IMG/VR virus record: IMGVR_UViG_3300028025_001549
Coordinates: 1 to 60,465 of that record
Length of the DNA stretch: 60,465 bases
Source: a virus
Taxonomy: Duplodnaviria; Caudoviricetes
Direction: 5' to 3' (one strand)
The position numbers were made by a program, and so were the translations under genes. Shown here piece after piece: positions 54,859 to 60,465 of the stretch. The notes beneath the pieces were generated by a model. The model searched no databases. It saw nothing but the letters and a program-made list of their open reading frames with translations, and was not told where the DNA came from. How positions within the stretch are numbered: position 1 is the stretch's first letter; each line of letters starts with the position of its first letter.

Positions 54859-55890
54859 ATGCTCTATATTGACAACAAATACGCACAAATCCTTGGCACT
54901 CGTCTAAGGAACTTCAAACAAAAGAAAGACTACCTCTGGAACTACTCGTGTCCAGTTTGTGGAGATTCTTCGAAGAACAAACTAAAGGCTCGTGGTTATA
55001 TTTACCGTGGCGAGCAAGAGTTGTTCGTGAAGTGTCACAACTGCGGTTATGGCACTAACCTTGGTAATCTTATTAAGTATGTAGATGCGAAACTTTATGA
55101 TGAATATGTTTTGGAACGCTACAAAGCTGGCGCATCAAAACATCATGATCACAAAGACGTTAAAGTAACAAGCGTCATCATAGAAACTCCCAAAGAAGAA
55201 TTACTCGAAGACGATATCCTCTCAAGTTTATCTCGTCTGGACAAACTGCCACTAACGCATCCAGCAGTTCAGTACCTAGTTAAAAGAAAAATTCCAAAAG
55301 ATAAGTGGCATCTATTATACTTTGCTCCAAAGTTTAAAGCATTTACTAATTCAGTAACTGCTAAATTCCAAGAGCCAATTAAAGATGAACACCCAAGAAT
55401 GATAATACCATTCTTTACACCTGCAGGTAAATGCTTTGCTTTTCAAGGCAGAGCATATGGTGCAGAAGAACCTAAGTATTATACTATTAAAGTTGATGAA
55501 ACACAGGAGAAAATTTATGGACTCGATCGCTTGGATTATAGCAAACGTATATATGTGGTTGAAGGACCAATTGATTCGTTATTCTTACCGAATTGTATCG
55601 CTGTGTCAGGAGCCAGTTTTGATACCCCTACTATTCGGCAGTTACTTGCTAACGCAACGATTGTAATGGATAATGAACCAAGAAGCCGAGAGATAACTAA
55701 GTTTCTTGAAAAGAATATTGAAGCAGGGTATAGTGTTTGTATGTTTCCAGAACATATTAATCAGAAAGATATCAATGATATGGTTTTAGATGGTAAAATG
55801 AAACCAGATGAGATTGTTGATACGATAAATACAAATACCTTCAAAGGAATGGAAGCAAAATTGAAATTTAGTACATGGAAGAAAATATGA
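54859..55890 (+). CDS. 61: DNA primase gp61
   Basis: CPVCGDS..CHNC zinc finger, FQGR, VEGPIDSLF, DNEPR, KDINDM. Confidence 0.96.
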   Translation: MLYIDNKYAQILGTRLRNFKQKKDYLWNYSCPVCGDSSKNKLKARGYIYRGEQELFVKCHNCGYGTNLGNLIKYVDAKLYDEYVLERYKAGASKHHDHKDVKVTSVIIETPKEELLEDDILSSLSRLDKLPLTHPAVQYLVKRKIPKDKWHLLYFAPKFKAFTNSVTAKFQEPIKDEHPRMIIPFFTPAGKCFAFQGRAYGAEEPKYYTIKVDETQEKIYGLDRLDYSKRIYVVEGPIDSLFLPNCIAVSGASFDTPTIRQLLANATIVMDNEPRSREITKFLEKNIEAGYSVCMFPEHINQKDINDMVLDGKMKPDEIVDTINTNTFKGMEAKLKFSTWKKI

Positions 55891-56555
55891 ATGTTAGAAT
55901 GATTAGTTATAGTAAACCCTCTCGAGAGATGTATGATGAGGGTTTGTTAGATGTGCAGGAGTTAGTTGCGTTCTGTGCACGTGTTAGTAATCCAAGCAAC
56001 CAGTTCAACACAGATACATCAGAGAAGTTAATTAAATATTTAATTAAGCATCAGCATTGGTCACCACTAGAAATGGTCAGTGCGTGTTTAGAAATTGAAA
56101 CTACTCGTGACATCGCAAGACAGATTTTGCGTCATCGCTCTTTCTCGTTTCAAGAATTCAGCCAACGATATGCAGATCCAACCAAAGACTTATCTTTCGT
56201 TCTTAGAGAAGCCCGACTTCAAGATACGAAGAATCGTCAAAATAGCGTTGAGAATGAAAATCTAGCATTGGCTGCTTGGTGGGAAGAAAGACAAAAGCGT
56301 GTTATTGAAGAAGCAAGAAATGCTTATGAGTGGGCAATTACCAATGGTATTGCCAAAGAACAAGCAAGAGCAGTATTGCCAGAAGGACTGACTGTCTCAC
56401 GTTTATACATGAATGGTACACTGCGTAGCTGGATTCATTTTATCGAACTCCGATCCGCCAATGGTACACAAAAAGAACACCAAGAAGTCGCACGACAATG
56501 CGCAAAGGTTATTGCTGAGGTATTTCCTCTAGCAAACGAATTAATAAAACTATAA
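55887..56555 (+). CDS. thyX: flavin-dependent thymidylate synthase ThyX
   Basis: HWSPLE, RHRSFSFQEFSQRY, EQARAVLP, TQKEH. Confidence 0.96.
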   Translation: MNVRMISYSKPSREMYDEGLLDVQELVAFCARVSNPSNQFNTDTSEKLIKYLIKHQHWSPLEMVSACLEIETTRDIARQILRHRSFSFQEFSQRYADPTKDLSFVLREARLQDTKNRQNSVENENLALAAWWEERQKRVIEEARNAYEWAITNGIAKEQARAVLPEGLTVSRLYMNGTLRSWIHFIELRSANGTQKEHQEVARQCAKVIAEVFPLANELIKL

Positions 56556-56572
56556 GAATATCGGGGCATCAT

Positions 56573-58369
56573 ATGGAAGAGATTGTACATGGCATTAAAG
56601 TTGATTACACACGTGATAAACTTTTTGATGAATTAGGTAAGTTACGATTAAAAGAAAGTTACATGAAAGATGATGAGGTAAGCCCACAAGAGAGGTTTGC
56701 TTTTGTTTCTAACACATTTGGGAGTAATCCAGAACATGCGCAACGACTATATGAATACAGTAGTAAGCATTGGCTCTCTTATTCTACTCCCATTCTCAGT
56801 TTTGGTCGTAGTAAGCGTGGCATGCCTATATCATGTTTCCTTAATTATATCGAAGATACTGCGGAGGGTCTAGTTGATAATCTATCAGAAACTAATTGGC
56901 TTTCTATGCTTGGGGGTGGTGTTGGGATTGGTTTTGGTATTCGTTCAGCAGACGATAAATCTACTGGTGTCATGCCTCACCTCAAGATGTATGACGCAAG
57001 TTCTTTGGCATATCGCCAAGGTCGTACTCGCAGGGGTAGTTATGCTGCTTACCTGTCTATTGATCATCCAGACATTATTAACTTTCTAGAAATGCGTAAA
57101 CCAACAGGCGACCAGAATATGCGTTGCTTGAATATGCACCATGGTATTAATATTCCAGATGCGTTCATGGAAATTATTGAGAAGTCAATGTTAGATCCAA
57201 ACTTTGATGACTCATGGAATCTAGTTGATCCAGCATCAAATGAAGTTCGTGAAACTGTTTCAGCAAGAGAATTATGGCAACGTATCCTTGAGATGCGTAT
57301 GATGACTGGTGAGCCATATCTTCACTTCATTGATGAATCAAATCGTAAGATGCCGCAGTGGTTAAAGGATAAGGGATTATCCATTAATCAATCTAATCTT
57401 TGCTCAGAGATTATTTTACCAACAGATGTTAAGAGAACTGCAGTTTGTTGTTTGTCATCTTTGAATCTTGAACACTATGATGCTTGGAAAAATGATAAGT
57501 TGTTTTTGAAAGACGTTGCTGAAATGCTTGATAATGTACTCCAGTATTTTATCGACAAAGCACCAAACACTATTAAACGTGCAAAATATAGTGCTACTCG
57601 TGAACGTAGTATTGGTATCGGTGCTCTTGGTTGGCATGCGTATCTTCAACGAAATAATCTTCCATGGGAATCTTCACAAGCAGTTGGAAGAAACAAACAA
57701 ATCTTTGCTCATATCAGAGGACAATTAGATGAAGCGAATAAGTTATTGGGATTGGAGCGTGGTGAAGCACCTGATGCAGTGGGTACTGGGAATAGGTTTA
57801 GTCATCTTATGGCTATTGCTCCCAATGCTTCTTCTTCCATTCTCATGGGCAATACTAGTCCTAGCATTGAACCTTACCGTGCCAATGCTTATCGCCAAGA
57901 CACTCTATCGGGTTCTCACTTAAATAAGAACAGGTGGCTCGATGCGATTATTCAAAAGGAAGCAGTCAATCATAAAGAAGGTTGGTCAGATGAAGTATGG
58001 TCAAGCATTATTGCGAACGATGGTTCAGTTCAGCACTTGGATTGGATGGACGACTGGTCAAAAGATGTTTTCAAAACTTCTATGGAAATCGACCAGCGTT
58101 GGGTCGTCCAACATGCAGCAGACAGGCAAGTATATATAGACCAAGCCCAGTCGTTGAATGTTTTCTTTAGACCAGATAGTCATATCAAATATATTCATGC
58201 TGTTCACTTTCAAGCATGGAAGCAAGGACTTAAAACAATGTACTACTGTCGTTCTGATAAGATCGCCAAGGCAGATAAAGTATCAAAGCGTATTGAACGT
58301 GAAGTCATTAAAGAAATCGATCTTCATGCATTAGCTGAAGGAAATGATTGTTTGGCTTGTGAGGGTTAA
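56573..58369 (+). CDS. nrdA: class I ribonucleotide reductase alpha subunit
   Basis: STPIL, SCF, SNLCSEI, AIAPNASSS, LKTMYY, C-terminal CLACEG. Confidence 0.96.
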   Translation: MEEIVHGIKVDYTRDKLFDELGKLRLKESYMKDDEVSPQERFAFVSNTFGSNPEHAQRLYEYSSKHWLSYSTPILSFGRSKRGMPISCFLNYIEDTAEGLVDNLSETNWLSMLGGGVGIGFGIRSADDKSTGVMPHLKMYDASSLAYRQGRTRRGSYAAYLSIDHPDIINFLEMRKPTGDQNMRCLNMHHGINIPDAFMEIIEKSMLDPNFDDSWNLVDPASNEVRETVSARELWQRILEMRMMTGEPYLHFIDESNRKMPQWLKDKGLSINQSNLCSEIILPTDVKRTAVCCLSSLNLEHYDAWKNDKLFLKDVAEMLDNVLQYFIDKAPNTIKRAKYSATRERSIGIGALGWHAYLQRNNLPWESSQAVGRNKQIFAHIRGQLDEANKLLGLERGEAPDAVGTGNRFSHLMAIAPNASSSILMGNTSPSIEPYRANAYRQDTLSGSHLNKNRWLDAIIQKEAVNHKEGWSDEVWSSIIANDGSVQHLDWMDDWSKDVFKTSMEIDQRWVVQHAADRQVYIDQAQSLNVFFRPDSHIKYIHAVHFQAWKQGLKTMYYCRSDKIAKADKVSKRIEREVIKEIDLHALAEGNDCLACEG

Positions 58370-58906
58370 ATGTTTGACATAAATCAAATTTACAAAATTG
58401 ATAATCTCCTAGATGATAATGAAAGATCTATATTAAATAAGTTTACTGATCAATATACTTGGACATTTACTGGATTTTCACATGATCCAAACTGTAGAAG
58501 ATTTTGGATAAAAGATTTTTGGGGCGATGATTTTGGGTATTGTGTTGAGGTAGAAACTGTATTCAGAGAAAAAATTGAAAAGATTCTTGGATTAAAACTA
58601 GAAACTTGTGATTTATATCTTAATGGTCAAGCGCATGGTCAATGTGGTTCATTACATTGTGATGTAAAAGAACATATTGATGGTAATTTTATAACGATAG
58701 TATATTTTCCATTAGAATTCTGGCATCCTGAGTGGGGCGGGTTCACTGTAATTTTAGATATTAATGAGAACCCACATGTTATATACCCAAAACCAAATAG
58801 TGTTGTTATTTTTAATTCTAGATTTGCCCATGTTGGATTAGAGCCAACTGTGCATTGTAAAGAACAAAGAGTATCACTAGCGCATAAATTTAAAATTATA
58901 GGATAA
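58370..58906 (+). CDS. 2OG-Fe(II) oxygenase (prolyl-hydroxylase-like)
   Basis: YLNGQ, LHCD, WGG, distal H (FAHVG), RVSLA. Confidence 0.8.
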   Translation: MFDINQIYKIDNLLDDNERSILNKFTDQYTWTFTGFSHDPNCRRFWIKDFWGDDFGYCVEVETVFREKIEKILGLKLETCDLYLNGQAHGQCGSLHCDVKEHIDGNFITIVYFPLEFWHPEWGGFTVILDINENPHVIYPKPNSVVIFNSRFAHVGLEPTVHCKEQRVSLAHKFKIIG

Positions 58907-58908
58907 CA

Positions 58909-59901
58909 ATGATAACTAAAACAAAAAACAATTTAACAGACGAACGTAATTATTTTAAACCATTCAACTATCCATGGGCATATGATGCGTGGTTGAAACA
59001 TGAGCAAGCACATTGGTTACATTCAGAAGTGCCAATGGCAGAAGATGTTAAAGACTGGAAGAAGAAACTAACACTGGAAGAAAAGCAATTCCTTACTAAC
59101 ATCTTTAGATTCTTCACACAGGGTGACATCGATGTGGCAGGTGGTTATGTGAATAACTATCTACCATACTTTCCTCAGCCTGAGATTCGTATGATGCTTA
59201 TGGGCTTTGCTGCAAGAGAAGCATTACACATTGCTGCATACTCTCATCTAATTGAAACTCTCGGCATGCCTGAGTCTACTTACAACGAGTTTCTCGAATA
59301 CCAAGAGATGAGGGATAAGCATGACTATGTACTTGACATTTCTAGTCGCAATGGTACTATCGCTAGTACTGCTGAGCATATTGCTGTTTTCAGTGCCTTT
59401 ACTGAAGGCATGCAGTTGTTTAGTTCTTTTATCATGTTGCTTAATTTTCCACGTCACGGCATCATGAAAGGTATGGGACAAATCGTTACTTGGTCTATCG
59501 TTGATGAAACGATGCACTCAGAGAACATGATTCGTCTATTCAAAGAGTATATTAAAGAAAACAATGAAATCTGGAATGACGAACTCAAAGGAAAGATCTA
59601 TACTATTGCTGAAAAGATGGTACAACTAGAAGATAAGTTTATTGACTTATGCTATGCAGCTGGCGATATGCGTGAACTTTCTGCAGCTGATGTTAAACAA
59701 TATATTCGTTACATTGCTGATCGTCGTCTAATCTCTCTTGGTATGAAAGGTATCTTTAAAGTTAAAAAGAATCCACTTCCATGGGTTGAAGAAATGATCA
59801 ATGCTCCAGTACACGGTAACTTCTTTGAGAATCGTGTAACAGATTACGCAAAAGGTGCGCTGTCTGGTTCTTGGAATGACGTATGGGGTAAGGCAGCGTG
59901 A
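58909..59901 (+). CDS. nrdB: class I ribonucleotide reductase beta subunit
   Basis: FFTQGD, EALHIAAYS, EGMQLFSSF, DETMH, NFFE. Confidence 0.96.
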   Translation: MITKTKNNLTDERNYFKPFNYPWAYDAWLKHEQAHWLHSEVPMAEDVKDWKKKLTLEEKQFLTNIFRFFTQGDIDVAGGYVNNYLPYFPQPEIRMMLMGFAAREALHIAAYSHLIETLGMPESTYNEFLEYQEMRDKHDYVLDISSRNGTIASTAEHIAVFSAFTEGMQLFSSFIMLLNFPRHGIMKGMGQIVTWSIVDETMHSENMIRLFKEYIKENNEIWNDELKGKIYTIAEKMVQLEDKFIDLCYAAGDMRELSAADVKQYIRYIADRRLISLGMKGIFKVKKNPLPWVEEMINAPVHGNFFENRVTDYAKGALSGSWNDVWGKAA

Positions 59902-60465
59902 TGGAGTTAATCTATCTGTTGATTGTGACGCACATTACCATTGTGTGCGTCACTCTATATCTTCATAGAGGACAGACTCATAGAGGAATAACCTTTCATC
60001 CAGCAGTTACACAATTCATGCGTTTCTGGCTTTGGTTAACAACAGGCATGGTAACAAAACAATGGGTAGCCATACATCGTAAACATCATCAGATGTGCGA
60101 GAAAGAAGGTGATCCTCACTCACCTCATGTCTATGGCATTTGGAGAGTGGTGTTTGGTGGTGCTTTATTGTACAATGATGCAAGTAAAAATAAAGCAATG
60201 GTTGATCAATATGGAGTTGGAACACCAGATGATTGGTTAGAAAACAATATATACTCAAAACATAGCAGAGCAGGCATCATGATTATGTTAGCCATCAATA
60301 TTATTTTGTTTGGCTGGATTGGTCTGCTTCTATGGGGCATTCAAATGATTTGGATTCCATTCTGGGCAGCAGGTATTGTTAATGGTGTTGGTCATTGGTT
60401 TGGTTATCGAAACACTGATACCAAAGATCGTTCAAAGAACATATCAATATTTGGTATCATTATTG
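59901..60465 (+). CDS. membrane fatty-acid desaturase (DesA/delta-9-like), truncated by window end; not in ORF track
   Basis: MELIYLLIVTHITIVCVTLYLHRGQTH..WLWLTTGM..WVAIHRKHH..DPHSP..NGVGHWFGYRN histidine boxes. Confidence 0.9.
   Translation, partial: MELIYLLIVTHITIVCVTLYLHRGQTHRGITFHPAVTQFMRFWLWLTTGMVTKQWVAIHRKHHQMCEKEGDPHSPHVYGIWRVVFGGALLYNDASKNKAMVDQYGVGTPDDWLENNIYSKHSRAGIMIMLAINIILFGWIGLLLWGIQMIWIPFWAAGIVNGVGHWFGYRNTDTKDRSKNISIFGIII

Noticed and set aside
29285-59901. Introns or inteins in 43, uvsX, 41, 61, thyX, nrdA, nrdB
   Set aside because: All are continuous and of ordinary length; the gene between nrdA and nrdB is an oxygenase, not a homing endonuclease
1-60465. Minus-strand and nested alternative-frame ORFs in the track (e.g. 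1215-1607, 10368-10994, 10423-10971, 46320-46745, 60016-60258)
   Set aside because: They lie within well-supported + strand genes, lack recognisable motifs, and look like shadow ORFs
1-60465. CRISPR array or tRNA genes
   Set aside because: No regularly spaced repeat-spacer run or cloverleaf with T-loop seen by eye; intergenic space is small. tRNAscan was not run
1-60465. Stop-codon reassignment
   Set aside because: Core genes are full length in the standard code, and TAA, TGA and TAG all appear as ordinary stops

Overview
A 60 kb segment of a large T4-like myophage genome. Essentially all genes are on the + strand, in standard genetic code, and I saw no tRNA or CRISPR array. It carries head genes (21, 22, 23), gp3, recombination and replication genes (uvsY, uvsW, 55, 47, 46, 45, 44, 62, regA, ligase, 43, uvsX, 41, 61), thyX and nrdAB. 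Auxiliary genes include Hsp20, rubrerythrin, rubredoxin, Dps, thioredoxin, a B12-radical SAM enzyme, several 2OG-Fe(II) oxygenases and a fatty-acid desaturase, and there is a spanin pair. Two accessory systems stand out. (1) At 35987-42849 is a predicted post-replicative DNA hypermodification cluster: TET/JBP-like dioxygenase, class II glutamine amidotransferase, amidoligase, GNAT, amino acid:DNA transferase and P-loop kinase. Three of these end in motifs resembling the polymerase's sliding-clamp-binding tail. (2) At 43593-51422 is a cluster of proteins with T4 IP-like capsid-targeting N-termini. Several are very His-rich (about 12% by hand count in two), and two are His-substituted paralogs of normal-composition neighbours. 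A conserved early-promoter module (TCGCTTTACT-N17-TATAAT, often with an IHF-consensus site and a CCCT-N9-AGGG palindrome) occurs five times. All calls come from motif recognition by eye; no searches were run.
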